Below the pieces are notes generated by a model. It saw only the letters and a program-made list of their open reading frames with translations. It had not been told where the DNA came from and ran no database searches. Positions 13,041-27,322 of a DNA stretch of 64,000 nt are shown here, piece after piece. This stretch comes from Dendrobates tinctorius (Eukaryota). Both the position numbers and the translations under genes were made by a program. Within the stretch, counting starts at the first letter, position 1. The number at the start of each line of letters is the position of its first letter. The DNA lies in contig NW_027361688.1 in assembly GCF_039654945.1 (NCBI RefSeq), positions 1,488,001 to 1,552,000 on the forward strand. The letters run 5' to 3'.

Positions 13041-13923
13041 GGCTATGTACATATGTGCGGAATTGCTGCGGAGTTTATGCGTTTTTGCCGCGGAAACGCA
13101 TAAAATAAGCAACCCATTATATTCAATGGCATTCCGCACATGCTGTGCTAATGCTGCGTATTTGTCTGCGGCGGAATCGCATCGCGGAAAAATACACAGC
13201 ATGCTTATTCTTTTTGCGGAATCGCAGGGATTCCGCACACATAGGAAAGCATTGTTCCGCTTACTTTCCGCATGTGGCTATGCACATCATGCGCAAAGTA
13301 AGCGGAAAATGTGCGGATGATACCCACGGTTTGGAGGAGAGGAGACTGTCCTCCAGGCCCTGGGTACCATATCCCTGTTAAAAAAAGAATTAAAATAAAA
13401 AATCGTTGATATTCTCACCTTCCGGTGTCCCCAGCGATGCTCCCGCCAACTCCCGTTCCCATAGATGCCTTGCGTATATGACCAGTGATGACGTAGCGGT
13501 CTCGCGTGATGCTACGTCATCTGGGGTCATTATCGCAAGGCATCGCTGGGAACGGGACCTGCCGGGAGCATCGCTGAGGCCTGGGGACGCTGCGGGGGAC
13601 TCCGGAAGGTGAGAATATCACGATTTATTTTTTTATTATTTTTAACATTATATCTTTTTACTACTGATGCCGCATAGGCAGGATCAATAGTAAAAAGTTG
13701 GTCAGACTTATCAAACACTATGTTTTACGAGTGTGAGCAACCTGTCAATCAGTTTTCCAAGCGATGCTACATATCACTTGGAGAACGCTAGCATTCTGCA
13801 TTCTAATTAAGCTTGCAAAACGCTAGTTTTTCGCGGGAATTCCGCATGCGTATTTCCGACGGCAGGGAGCTGCGGAATTGCCGTGGAAATATCCGCGACA
13901 ATTCCGCACATTTGCACATAGCC
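13041..13923. mobile_element. PIF/Harbinger-like MITE
   Basis: TIRs GGCTATGTACATATGTGCGGAATTG / CAATTCCGCACATTTGCACATAGCC; flanks TGA / TTA; empty paralogous site with a single TAA near 46052. Confidence 0.85.
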
Positions 13924-13980
13924 TTATAGTAGCTAGGGAATAACAGGATGGAAAAATATTAGTAGGTATTTAGCTTTTAA

Positions 13981-14591
13981 AGGGAATCTGTCACCCTTGT
14001 TTTGGACTATGAGCTGCCGGCATCGACATCAAGGGCTTATCTACAGCATTCTGTAACGCTGTAGATAAGCCTCCGATGTGATCTGAAACATAAGAAAAAC
14101 AAGTTATATTATACTCACTAGGAGGCGGTCCGGTCTTGGTCTGATGGGTGTTGCAGTCCGGTGCCTCCCATCTTGCAGCAATGCCATCCTCTTCTTCCCC
14201 TCCTGTCGTGGCTCCAGCGCAGGCGCACTGCTCTGCCCTGTTGAGGGCAGAGCAGAGTACTGCAGTGCGCAGGCGCCGGACCTCTCCTGGCGCTGCGTAC
14301 TGCAGGACTCTGCTCTGCCCTCAACAGGGCAGAACAGTGCGCCAACGCCGGAGCCACGACAGGAAGGAAAGAAGAGGACGGCATCGTATGAAGATGGGAG
14401 GAATCGGACCGCGACAGGAAGGGAAGAAGAGGACGACATCGTATGAAGATGGGAGGCGCCGAACTGGACGGCGACACCCATCGGACCGGACCGCCCCCTC
14501 GGGTGAGTATAATCTAACTTTTTTTTTCTTATCTTTCAGGTTACATCGAAGCCAGCAGCTCATACTCCAAAATAAGGGTGACAGATTCCCT
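13981..14591. mobile_element. T2/Kolobok-type foldback MITE
   Basis: TTAA TSD; TIR AGGGAATCTGTCACC; largely palindromic; empty site with a single TTAA near 45998. Confidence 0.9.
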
Positions 14592-15664
14592 TTAAGGTTC
14601 AGAATTGGGAGATATGTCACCAGCAGTGAGGAGGAGCAGAGAGAGTGAGAGGAGGTTGGAGAGGGAGCATGTAGGGCTTATGTTGTGCTTTAGAAGGAGG
14701 GATCTAAGGTTTAGAAGCAGGTCTGCAGATGAGGTCAAGCGAGGGGGAAGAGGATGCTGCTGCGGCCATAGTGGTGAGGGGAACCATGCGGAGGCAGATG
14801 TTACAGGTTCAGTGCAATTATCAAACACCAGGCAACATGGGAAAGAACTATAGAATGTCTGGAATATCTGTCCGCAGATGTCAGTGACTCCGCGCCACAC
14901 AGATGCACAGCGGTTATCAGAAGTAAAGGTTATATAGCTGAATATTAGTGCAGAAAGGCGACATCTGGAAACAAACTTCGGTTTATACTGTAACGTTTCC
15001 AATTTGTGAATGAATCTGCAGACACTGCTGGTTGTTTGAGCTGCTGATAATTCCTTTTTACTCTAAAAATGTCTATTTTGTTGATGCTTTCATTCAGAAC
15101 TGAGTGTGCGGCTCCCAGCGCTTCTGTATATATGGAGATAAATGCTATTATGAGGAGTCCGCTTCTTCTCAGTTGTTAATCACACTGCTATTATTATACA
15201 CATAATGTAAATTTCTGGTTATCTAGAGAGGTAAACAGAAGAATTGCAGGTATTCAGGGTGGTCCTGACAAGCACAATGGATGTGGCCTGTGGGAATACA
15301 GAGGACAGAACTTGTTCTTCAAGGTTGGGGGATGCAGGGAGAAAAGTCCATGTACATGGCTACTTCAGGGAACAAGATGGAGACAACATGGTTTCCTTCA
15401 CAATCCCGTTCATCCAGTGCTGTATACACAGATTGTGCTGTTGATGCCTCTATGCTTTCCACCCCCATATTGTACTGTTTACCCCCATATAGCGCTGTAA
15501 AATCCTGATATGCTGTTCTGTCCCAAATAGCGTAGTATACCGCCACATAGCTCTGTATACCGACACATGATGTAGTTTACCCTCCATGTAGTGCTGTATA
15601 ACCCCTATAAAGTATAAACTATCACCCCATATATATGGTTCACTCACCACTACCAGATATTTAA

Positions 15665-15958
15665 AGGGGTATTCCCAGCTCCAAGATACTATCCAATATG
15701 GAGAAGGTAGAATAATAGCAAATACCTCAAATTAGAAATATAGTATAGTTTTTCAGATTTGCTGTCTCTTTCCTCATGTGCAATCATTGCAGAACCTTAG
15801 GTATCCATGTTACATAGTTGCTAGTGTTGGTAATCATGGATATCAAAGGTCCTGCAATAACTGCAGACGAGGAAAGAGACCGCAAATCAGGAGAACTATA
15901 CTACATTTCTAATTGGAGGTATTTACTAATACAGGATCTTGGAGATGGAACTACCCCT
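15665..15958. mobile_element. Older T2/Kolobok-type palindromic MITE shared by all three modules (also 43020-43318 and 50127-50425)
   Basis: TTAA-AGGGGTATTCCCAGCTCCAAGAT ... ATCTTGGAGATGGAACTACCCCT-GTAA with internal inverted arms. Confidence 0.75.
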
Positions 15959-16061
15959 GTAATCACAGCTCCCAGCCTGACAAGAGCAGGTCCACCACCA
16001 CCATCCTGACACCACATGTTACAGAGAACAAAGAGCAGAAGAAACCATCAGCCCATGTGCA

Positions 16062-16103
16062 CAGCCAATCAGCACTCAGTAGGGCTATGGCTCCGCCCAC
16101 AGG
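16062..16103. promoter_or_regulatory. Conserved 42-bp GC-box plus CCAAT element downstream of H4 (copies at 33686, 42876, 49984)
   Basis: Reverse complement of CCTGTGGGCGGAGCCATAGCCCTACTGAGTGCTGATTGGCTG; function inferred only. Confidence 0.45.
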
Positions 16104-16262
16104 CAGCACCAGATTACTCCCCCCAGGCCCTCAGTGTTAACCCATTAGTGCCTGCAATGTATCCAGCTGCTGCGGCACAGGCTGTAATCATCCCAGCACA
16201 GGACTATCTGCAGTACCTTCCCCCTCCCCAGGAGCTGTAGCTTCTCCTCAGAAGATGTGGGT

Positions 16263-16278
16263 GGCTCTTAAAAGAGCC
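16263..16278 (-). terminator. Histone 3' stem-loop (H4 copy 1)
   Basis: GGCTCT-TTTA-AGAGCC preceded by CCAAA, followed by ACCCA and a purine-rich HDE. Confidence 0.95.
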
Positions 16279-16310
16279 TTTGGGTTGTCAGGATAGAGAA
16301 GAGAATACAA

Positions 16311-16751
<441 letters not shown>

Positions 16752-17640
16752 TTATCAGCCCCCCCCCTTCCTCTGCTGATTGGCCAATCACAGAAATGTT
16801 AGTGATTTTGAATTTCCCGCTCATTGTTTTGTTCTTTTCCACTTCTACAGGGATGACACTAAAAATAGTCAGAAACCTGATTCCTCTCCCCGGTGACATC
16901 CTGCTCAGAGTAATTACAATGTGAGAGCCGGACCTGCTATATTCTCTCCATCCATAGAGTAATGTATAACCCCCCATATAGTGCTGTATACCTGTAATAT
17001 ACCACTATATTTCTCCATGTAGTGCTATAAACCCCCATATTGTGCTTTATACCCTCCATATTGTGCTCTGTTCATTTATCTCAGTGACAGGTTCTGCTGC
17101 GATAAACAAGTGATCGGCTTCTGAATGACAATGAGATTCAGACCTAGAAATAGATCAATCTTTGGGATCTTATTGGCCAGGAGCCTCCACCAATCTGCGG
17201 AGCAAAGGGTGTGTAATATCAGAGGAACGTCAGTGAGAAAGTGCAGAGAGCTCTGATCATAATGAGGACAAACTGCTGGAAACATCGCTGACTACAAAGA
17301 GCCAACAGCCCATCTCCACCTACTATCAGCAGAACAATGGACACCAGGCCCCAGCGCTCTGGGAGAGAACCGGATTCAATGAGAGAGGAGCAACCGATCA
17401 TTTATGGCTGCCTGCACCTCCACTGTTAGACTAATCCTGATGTTCCCCATCATTCTACATCTCACTACAACCCTCATCTCCCTCTCCATTTTACTATCCT
17501 TTAATCCCCACCCTCTAATGCCAGATACATTGACCTGATCTCTGCTAACACATGAGGTGTCAGTAAGTGCAGACACATTCCCCAGGAAGAGGAGCGAGAT
17601 ACAGACACGCAGCCACAGCTCTGCTGTAGACGGGGTGGGT

Positions 17641-17656
17641 GGCTCTTAGAAGAGCC
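17641..17656 (-). terminator. Histone 3' stem-loop (H2B copy 1)
   Basis: GGCTCT-TCTA-AGAGCC, HDE CAGAGCTGT downstream. Confidence 0.95.
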
Positions 17657-17687
17657 TTTGGGTTGTGGGTGCAGAGCACAGAGCAGA

Positions 17688-18791
<1,104 letters not shown>

Positions 18792-18829
18792 GCGCTGCCA
18801 CCGACCTCGTATCATCCACACAACCCAAA

Positions 18830-18845
18830 GGCTCTTCTAAGAGCC
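18830..18845 (+). terminator. Histone 3' stem-loop (H2A copy 1)
   Basis: GGCTCT-TCTA-AGAGCC, HDE AGGAGCTG downstream. Confidence 0.95.
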
Positions 18846-19780
18846 ACCCACACCGTCACCACAGGAGCTGACGCCGCTGATCTCTGGTGTCATCTGTGTG
18901 TACTGATCTGTCATGTATACCACCTTATAGTGCTGTTCACAAACACTGCTATATAACGTCATATAGTGCAGCAAATTCTCCTTATACTGCTGTATACCCA
19001 CCATATATGAACATCCATTTAATGCTGTGCATGTCTATATAGTGTGGCCGTTATCCCTGATACAGTGGAGCATCGACTGTAAAACACAGGCAGCTGCTGC
19101 ACATTACTGTGCGCCACCATAACTGGGATGTACAATTACGGTAGTTTGCATTAAACAATGCTATCCACATGTTAACCCCTTAGCGACTGCCGATACACCT
19201 TTTAACGGCGGTATTTAACTGTACTAAAACCACAGCACCGCTAATTCACGGCGCTGTGGAGAAAGTGAATAGCGCCCCCCAGTGTCGGATTTTCTCCGGA
19301 GTCTCGGCTGCCGGGGGTAGCGGAGACCCCAGAGAACATGAATCGGTAGGTTTTTACCGACCCCGCTTTTGCGATCGCCGTTATTAACCCTATAACAGTG
19401 ACCGCAAAAAAAAAGCAAGCCGCAATTGTGCATTAAATTTCTCTTTCCTCTGATGTGATCGCACATCAGAGGAGAGAGAACTAGGGTCCCCGATACACAC
19501 ACACCCCCCCCCCCCCCCGGTACCTCTCCATGGTCCGTGGTCCCGCGTCCTCCGGTGGGCGCCGCCATCTTGGATCCGGAGAAAATGGCGGGCGCATGCG
19601 CAGTGCGCCCACCGGGAATCTGCAGACTCCGGCTGGCAGATTCCATTCATTCATTTTGATCACGATTGATAAACTATCATCGTGATCAAAATAGTACATA
19701 ATCCCCCCGTTTATCACCCACCCCCTTAGTTAGGCCAACATAGCGAAATAAAGAAAATATTTTTTTTTTCAGTTTTCCAC

Positions 19781-19821
19781 TAGGGTTAGGGCTCGGGTTA
19801 GGGCGAACTAGGATTAGGGTT
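19781..19821 (+). repeat. Degenerate TTAGGG-like tract within the TTAA element
   Basis: TAGGGTTAGGGCTCGGGTTAGGGCGAACTAGGATTAGGGTT. Confidence 0.6.
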
Positions 19822-20498
19822 GGAGCAAGAATTGAAGGGTTTCCACTATTTACCAACTTTGGGGGTCTAAAAATTGTGTGGAAATAAAATTGTGTGGAAA
19901 TAAAAGACTTTTTATTTTCAAGGCTCTGCGTTTATAAACTTCTGTGAAGCGCTTGGGGGTTCAAAGTGCTCACCACACATCTAGATAAGTTCTTTAGGGG
20001 GTCCCATTTCCAAAATGGGGTCACTTGTGGGGGATTTCCACTGTTTAGGCCCATCAGAGGCTCTGCAAACGCAACATGACGCCCGCAGACCATTCCATCA
20101 AAGTCTGCATTCCAAAATGGCACTCCTTCCCTTCCAAGCTCTCCCATGCTCCCAAACAGTGGTACCCCCCCACATATGGGGTATCGGCGTACTCAGGACA
20201 AATCGCACAACAACTGTGGGGGTATGATTTCTCCTGTTACCCTTGTAAAAATAGAAATTTTTGTGGAAAAAAAATAGAATTAGACTTGCCGGTAATTCGG
20301 TTTCTAGGAACCTTCCACGACAGCCACCTTGGTGGTTGTCTCCCCGCCCTAATAGGGGACAGGAACACAAAGAGGTTAAATATCCCTCCCCTTCCTGCTA
20401 CCTCAGTGTTTTTTCTGAACGTACTAGCATGAATAGTTACCGCCAGTAGAGCAGGAATCATCATGTAAACATATTATATATGGAGGGAAATTAGTGCC

Positions 20499-20582
20499 GT
20501 CGTGGAAGATTCCTAAAAACCGAATTACCGGTAAGTCTAATTCTATTTTCTCTAGTCACCTTCCACGACAGCCACCTTGGAG
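20499..20582 (-). other. DIRS internal complementary region (ICR)
   Basis: First half complements the 20272-20320 terminus, second half complements the 25467-25501 terminus, joined at TTTT 20546-20549. Confidence 0.9.
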
Positions 20583-20601
20583 TCATGCCTACGTTAATTT
20601 T

Positions 20602-21518
20602 TTAGGGAGGGACTATGGCTTGCAAGACGCGTCTGCCGAACGTCAGATCCCTATTGAAATCCAGTCTATAGTGTCTGGTAAAGGTGTGCACAGAGGACCA
20701 GGTAGCCGCTCTGCATATCTGCTCCGAAGACGTATTTCCTCTTGCTGCACAGGAAGTAGCGACTGATCGAGTGGAGTGGGCTTTTAACGATCCGGGAGGA
20801 GAGAGATGTCTTGAAGAATATGCCATGGAGATGGACTGCTTGATCCAACCCGCTATCGTGTTCTTTGCCGCTTTCTTCCCGAATACTTAAGGAACAGGTT
20901 CTGATCGATTCTCCAATCCTTGGTTGCCTCGAGGTAGCGGAGAACTACCCTGCGGACATCCAAGGTATGAAATTTTCCTTCCTTCGGATTAGAAGGATTT
21001 GGGCAAAATGAGGGCAACACGATATCTTGACTTCTATGAAAGTCTGACACCACTTTGGGCATAAAGGAGGGGTCTAGACGCAGTACTATACTGTCTGAAT
21101 TGAGTAGAAGGTAAGGTTCCTGTACTGAAAGGGCCTGCAGCTCCCTCACACGTCTAGCCGATGTGATTGCTGCCAGAAACACCGTTTTAAGTGTGAGAAT
21201 TTTTAATGGAATTTCTGACAGGGGCTCAAACGGGGCCTGTGTTAAGCTATTGAGCACTAAATTAAGATCCCAGGGAGGAACCCGACTAGGGAGCGAAGGG
21301 TGAATTCTGCCTGCCGCTGTCATGAACTGCTTGACCCAGCGGTGTTTGGCTAGGTCTTGGTCAAAAAAAGAACTAAGGGCAGATACCTGTACTTTCAATG
21401 TACTTGGAGTAAGCCCTAGATCTAACCCTTTCTGCAGGAAGTCTAGTATTTGGGCAATATTTGGGTGGGTGGGGTCAGGGGCCCCCGGAAGGCACCAGGA
21501 GGAAAATTTTTTTTCCAT
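20602..21518 (-). pseudogene. DIRS tyrosine recombinase (frameshifted)
   Basis: TSARRVRELQAL, HTLDVRR, AHSTRSVATS, ATWSSVHTFTRHY. Confidence 0.88.
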
Positions 21519-21600
21519 ACTTTGCCGTAAACTGCATTTGTTACCGGCTTTCTACTTTTTTGAAGGGTCCGGATTATCTCATTCGAAAACCCTTTGGCCC

Positions 21601-23489
21601 TCAGAATGTTGGCCTCAATAAGCAAGCTGCTAGATATAACTTGGTTGGGTTCTGGTGTAGTAATGGACCCTGGAAAAGGAGGTCGGTCTTCTGGGGTAGA
21701 AGCAAGGGACCTTCCTGGGCTATGTCCAACAGAGCGCTGTACCAGCTTCGTCCTGGCCACATGGGAGCCACCAGGATTGTCGTGACCCCGTCTGCTCTGA
21801 TCTTTTGTAACGTTTTTGCCAGTATCGGGATTGGTGGAAAGGCGTAGGCCAGTCTGAAGACCCATGGATGGGCAAATGCATCCGTCCCCTGGGCTCCGTA
21901 CGTGGGACTGAGGGAGAAATAGGTTGCTGCTTTTGTATTTTGTGCATTCGTGAATAGGTCGACCTTTGGGTCTCCCCATCTCGAGGCTAGAGCCTGGAAG
22001 ACCTCTTGGTTTAGACACCATTCTCCTGGATGGACGTCCTTCCTGCTCAGGAAGTCTGCCTGGATGTTTTCCGACCCCTTCAAGTGTACCGCAGAAATGG
22101 ATAACAGGTTCTTCTCTGCCCAGAGGAAGATCCTTGCTGCTACCTTCTTTAGACTGGCGTACCTTGTGCCCCCTTGGTGTCTGAGATATGCCACTGTGGT
22201 CACGTTGTCGGAGTATATTCGAACATGACGGTTCTTGACAAGGGTTGATGCGGCCTTCAGTGACTCTTCCACCGCCGTCAACTCCCTTAGGTTCGAAGAT
22301 CCGGATCTTATGTTCTGGGGCCACTGCCCCTGGAAGTATGAATCCTCGACCACGGCTCCCCAGCCTCTCAGACTGGCATCGGTACAGAATATTCTTTGAG
22401 GAAGCTAATCTCAACTTACTCTTTGTCTCAGGTTTCGGTAGCTCAGCCACCACCAGAGGGTCAATTTTACATGTCCTGGAAGTGGAACCCTGTTTGATAG
22501 GTTGTTTGGGTGCTTCCTCATGTTTATCAGGACGTATGACTGGAGGACTCACGTGTGAGCTTGTGCCCAGGATACCACCTGAATGCACGCTGTCAGGGAA
22601 CCCAGGATGGACATGGCGTCCCTCAGGGTCGGTGCCCTTTGGTCTCAGAACCGGATTATCCTCTGCCGAAGGTCTATTTGATGATCTAAGGGAAGAAAGG
22701 ACGTCCTCTTTTCTGAATCCAAGAGGATCCCCAGGAATTTTTTCCTCGGGGAAGGATAGAGGGCCGACTTCTGGAGATTCGGTATCCACCCTAGGGTTTC
22801 GAGTGTAGGGTTCTTGATATGTCCTGGTTCAGCCGGGTTACCGATGGGGCGACAATCAGCAGATCGTCTACATACGGAACAATGCATATCCCATGAAGCC
22901 GAATGGAGATGACTGCTTCCTTCATGATCTTCGTGAACACCCTTGGTGCTGGGGATACCCAAAACGGCAAGGCATTGAACTGGAGGTGGCTGATTCCTTG
23001 GTCGTGGGAGATTGCGAACCTCGGGAATTTCCGGTGGTCTGGATGAATGGGAACGTGGTAATATGCGTCCCTTAGATCTATTGTAGCCATCTGCCAGCCT
23101 CGTCCAATAAGAGGGATCGTGATTTCACTGACTCCATCTTGAACCTTCAGTACTTGATGAAGTGGTTCAGGGGCTTTAGGTTTATTATGAGCCTGTGCTT
23201 TCCTGAGGGTTTCTTTATCAGGAACAGGCGAGAGTAATGTCCTCTGCTCGCCTCTTGTGGAGGTACATACGAGACCACTCCTTCCCGTAGAAGTTCTATC
23301 CGAAGCAACAGGACTTTTTGCAGGCTTGGGGACTGTGCTGGGGTAATTCTTAGGGCATGCGGGGGGGGGGGGGGGGTGCTCGAACTCCAGTTTCAGCCCA
23401 AATTGAGTAGTGTGCAGGACCCACCGGTTCGAGGTCGTGGCCTGCCATTGGGCAAGAAACTGTGAGTCGACCCCAAACCCAGGAGTCAC
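21601..23489 (-). pseudogene. DIRS pol: RT, RNase H and Dam-like methyltransferase domain (frameshifted)
   Basis: TIDLRDAYYHVPI, FNALPF, PYVDDLLI; SSNLREL, IYSDN, NIQADFLSR; VDLF ... AYAFPP. Confidence 0.88.
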
Positions 23490-24720
23490 TGCTTCTCCGG
23501 GGGCAGCTGTTGTTGGGGCACAAGGATGTTTCTTCCTTTACCCCCTTTCGGGTAGCTCCAACGACCCGTCTTGCCCTTCACTCTGAATGCCTTCTGAGAG
23601 GTCTGTTCTCTTGAGGGACGAAAAAACCGCCTTTTGGTGGATTTCTGTTCTGGCAGTGACTTATTCTTGTCGGAAGCCTTCTCAAGGATATCATCCAGGA
23701 CAGGCCCGAACAAGTGCTGCCCCTGGAAGGGGATTGCGCAGAGTTTCGTCTTGGAGGTGATGTCGCCCCCCCCCCACGACTTCAGCCACAAGGCTCTCCA
23801 GGCCGAGTTTGAAAGGACTAGGGACCTTGCTGCCACCCGTACCGGTTCTCCTGAAGCATCAGCTAAATAACCTGTTGTGTTCTGGAGGATTGACAGGGAG
23901 TGTAAAATTTCCTCTCTTAGGGTACCCCCCGATAGGTGGTCTTCCAACGTACGTAGCCAGAAAAACAAAGATCTGGCTACGCAGGTGGAAGCAATATTTG
24001 CCTTGAGCAGGTTCGTAGAAGCTTCCCAGGACTTTTTAAGGTGGCTTTCTATTTTGCGATCCATCAGATCTTTCAATTGGGAAGCATCCTCAAAGGGCAA
24101 GGACGTTTTCTTAGTGACCTTAGACACTTGGACATCTATCTTAGGGATCTCCCAAATAGAACTATCACCTTCTAGGGGAAACCGATTTTTTAGCTCAGAA
24201 GGCACCGTAAGTGCCTTCTCGGGGGAGGACCACTCCTGAGCTATTAGGTCCTGTATAACCTCATGAACCGGGAAACCCTTTCTACCTCAGGGTTTCAACC
24301 CTCCAAACATCTCATCCTGGACTGAGAGCCTGACCTCCTCCTCCTCCAACCCCATGGTATTTCTTACCATGGAGACTAACTCCTCCATATCCGCCGAGGA
24401 GAAATAGTATTTTTTTGCATCATGACTGGAGGCGGACGTGGAGCCCTCATTTTCCCAAATATCCTCCGATCCTGAGGAACTGACTTCTCCCGAGTCGGCA
24501 TCTATAGGAGCCCTTTTCCTCTTTTTTGGGGCAGGGCCCTGGGCCACCGGGGTTTAGGCTGCTATGGAGGTTTGAACCTCCTGCCTAATCAGTTTTTATG
24601 CTGTCAAACAGGGAGGGTTGCTCGATACGCAGGATATTTTGCGTACAAGGTTGGCATAACTTCTTTTTGTAGTCAGAAGGAAACCTGGCACCACATATAC
24701 CACACTTGCGGGGGTGTTTA
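23486..24720 (-). pseudogene. DIRS gag-like ORF1 (disrupted), with an N-terminal Cys cluster
   Basis: ORFs 23486..24205 and 24287..24547; CGIC...LCQPC near 24650-24705; lies upstream of pol. Confidence 0.75.
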
Positions 24721-26860
24721 GGGACAGAGGCCTTGTCTTCCTGCAAGAAAAGGCTTACTCAGACCTGTGCCACCAACTATTTAACAGGCAAGGGACCGGC
24801 CCTGCTACTCACTGTAGGAGGGGGAACGCTGGGCTCCGCAGATGCTGCAGTTGAGGGCTTCTCACCATCCATGTCTGCACACACCACAGACACACTGCGC
24901 TTTCCTGGAGCTGCTGCACCCTTTTAAGGATGATCCTGCGTTCGTTTGCTAGGTGTTCCTCCCTCCTTCCCTGGGGAGGATACCGCTCGACCCCCGCCGC
25001 CATTGGATTCATTTCCCAGGTCCCACGGGTGCCGGCGCGCGTTTCCCCCTCACAGGACGCCGGAGGTTGCAAACCGGAAGTGCGCATCACCGCTACCTCC
25101 AGTCGATTGCCCGCCCCCTCTGACGCACGCAGCTCCAATGCAGAGCTGGGAGGAAGGAGGAAGCCGGGGAGCTATGCAGGACCCCGGCAGGCACCATACC
25201 ACCCCCCTTTACCACCGAAGGGCGCAGGAGGGGCGGCAGAAGTCCCGAGTCACACCGCGGTGGAGACGGGAGCAGCCCATGGAGGAGAGGTGAACCCCCC
25301 GACCTCGGCTGCCCAGCTCGGTGAGTACATAGGGGCTCCGCTCGCTGGCCAAGGGAGCCCCTTGTGACCTCTTCATGCCTCGACAGGGGACAGGAAAAAC
25401 ACTGAGGTACCAGGAAGGGGAGGGTTATTTAACCTCTTTGTGTTCCTGTCCCCTATTAGACAACCTCCAAGGTGGCTGTCGTGGAAGGTGACTAGAGAAA
25501 ATGGATTTTTTATTTTCATGGCTCTACGTTATAAACTTCTGTGAAGCACTTGAAGGTTCAAAGTGCTCACAACACATCTAGATAAGTCCCTTAATGGGTC
25601 TAGTTTCCAAAATGGGATCACTTGTTGGAGGTGTCCACTGTTTAGGCCCATCAGGGGCTCTACAAACGCAACATGATGCCCGCAGACCATTCCATCAAAG
25701 TCTGCATTCCAAAATGGCACTCCTTCCCTTCCAAGCTCTCCCATGCGCCCAAACAGTGGTTCCCCCCCACATAAGGGGTATCAGCATACTCAGGACAAAT
25801 CACACAATAACTGAGGAGTATGATTTCTCCTGTTACCCTTGTAAAAATAAAAATTTGGGGGCGAAAAGATCATTTTGGTGAAAAAAAATGGATTTCTTAT
25901 TTTCACGGCTCTACGTTATAAACTTCTGTGAAGCTCTTGAATGTTCAAAGTGCTCACCACACATCTAGATAAGTTCCTTAATGGGTCTAGTTTCCAAAAT
26001 GGGGTCACTTGTTGGAGGTTTCCACTGTTTAGGCACATTAAGGGCTCTCCGAATGCAACTTGGCATCCGATCTCAATTCCAGCCAATTCTCCATCCCTTG
26101 CGAGCTCTGCCGTGTGCTCAAGAAGTGGTTTACCCCCACATATGGGGTATCGGCGTATTCAGGAGAAATTGTACAACAAATTTTGTGGTTGATTTTCTCT
26201 TTTAACACTTGTGAAAATAAAAAAAATTGGTTCTGAAGTAAATTTTTTGCAAAAAAAAGTTAAATGTTAATTTTTTCCTTCCACATTGCTTTAGTTCCTG
26301 TGAAGCACTTAAAGGGTTAATGAACTTCTTGGTTTTGAGCACCTTGAGGGGTCTAGTTTTTAGAATGGTACCACTTTTGGGTATTTTCTGTCATGTACAC
26401 CCCTCAAAATGACTTTAAATATGATGTGGTCCCTAAAAAAAATGGTTTAGTAAATTTTGTTGTAAAATTGAGAAATCGCTGGTCAACTTTTAACCCTTAT
26501 AAGTTCATAACAAAAAAAAATTTTGCTTCCAAAATTGTGGTGATGTAAAGTAGACATGTGGGAAATGCTATTAAGAAATTTTTGTGACACCTCTCTCTGA
26601 TTTAAGGGCATAAAAATTTAAAGTTTTAAAATTGCAAAATGTTACCATATTTCCGTTTTTTTCATAAATAAACACAAGACTTATCGAAGAAATTTTACCA
26701 CTAACATGAAGTACAATATGTCACGAAAAAAGTCTCAGAATCAGCGGGATCCATTAAAGCGTTCCAGAGTTATAACCTCATAAAGGGACAGTGGTCAGAA
26801 TTGTAAAAATTGGCCCAGTCATTAAGCTGCAAACTGGCTCTGTCGTCGCTAAGGGGTTAA

Positions 26861-27075
26861 GGAGGTGATAACTTGTCGATCGATGGAATCCGACCATTGT
26901 AAACCGCACCGATCCGAAGAATGCGTCCAAACTCAGGAAGACAGTCGATTTTCCAGATATTTTTTTTTACTATTTCTAGGAGATTGACTGTCCTTCTGGT
27001 GCTGTCGCCACCTTGTCAAGGGACAAATCCCACTTGGTCTTTGTGGATCATATAAGATAACCATTGCTTCAGACT
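26861..27075 (-). mobile_element. Decayed L1-like RT fragment
   Basis: IHKDQVGFVP ... STRRTVNL ... FLSLDA. Confidence 0.5.
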
Positions 27076-27322
27076 CAGGCCCCTTTCACACATCCATTTT
27101 TTGCCATTAGTCGCAATCCGTCGAATTTTGAAAAAAAAAAAAAGGATCCAGCGACTGATACCGCTGGACCTGTTTTTTTCCCATTGGCATGCTGTATAAA
27201 GAGATAACATCCGTATTCCAATATATTCTGGCCTCACAACCTATAGGGTAACATCCAGAATATGGAATCCAGATTGGGGCGCTCGGTCCTAGTGCCCTCT
27301 GCCTCCAGTGATCTGCTGGTTA

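Larger units (their letters stand above)
12100..14900 (-). mobile_element. Old fragmented L2 relic forming the module flank (paralogues at 45.7-46.7 kb and 54-59 kb)
   Basis: Residual peptides LLLLTAGDISPNSEP, DIPTIIVGDFKTP and DGDTVDLIFTHLC..PLADHSL resemble the L2 N-terminus and EN; interrupted by MITEs; bounds approximate. Confidence 0.65.
20272..25501 (-). mobile_element. DIRS1-type tyrosine-recombinase retrotransposon, structurally complete, ORFs disrupted
   Basis: Inverted terminal repeats (about 20310-20415 vs 25395-25501), ICR at 20499-20582, termini in T/A runs, no TSD; gag, RT/RH/MT and YR remnants. Confidence 0.93.
19176..26856. mobile_element. Non-autonomous TTAA (piggyBac-like) element, about 2.45 kb once the nested DIRS is removed
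   Basis: TTAA-CCCCTTAGCGAC ... GTCGCTAAGGGG-TTAA; internal ~390-bp repeats at about 19910, 25509 and 25897; no transposase seen. Confidence 0.82.

Noticed and set aside
19781-19821. Interstitial telomere or fusion scar
   Set aside because: Short, degenerate and internal to a TIR element
21443-22789. 448-aa ORF as a separate host gene
   Set aside because: Lies inside the DIRS and overlaps pol, as expected for the frame leading into the recombinase
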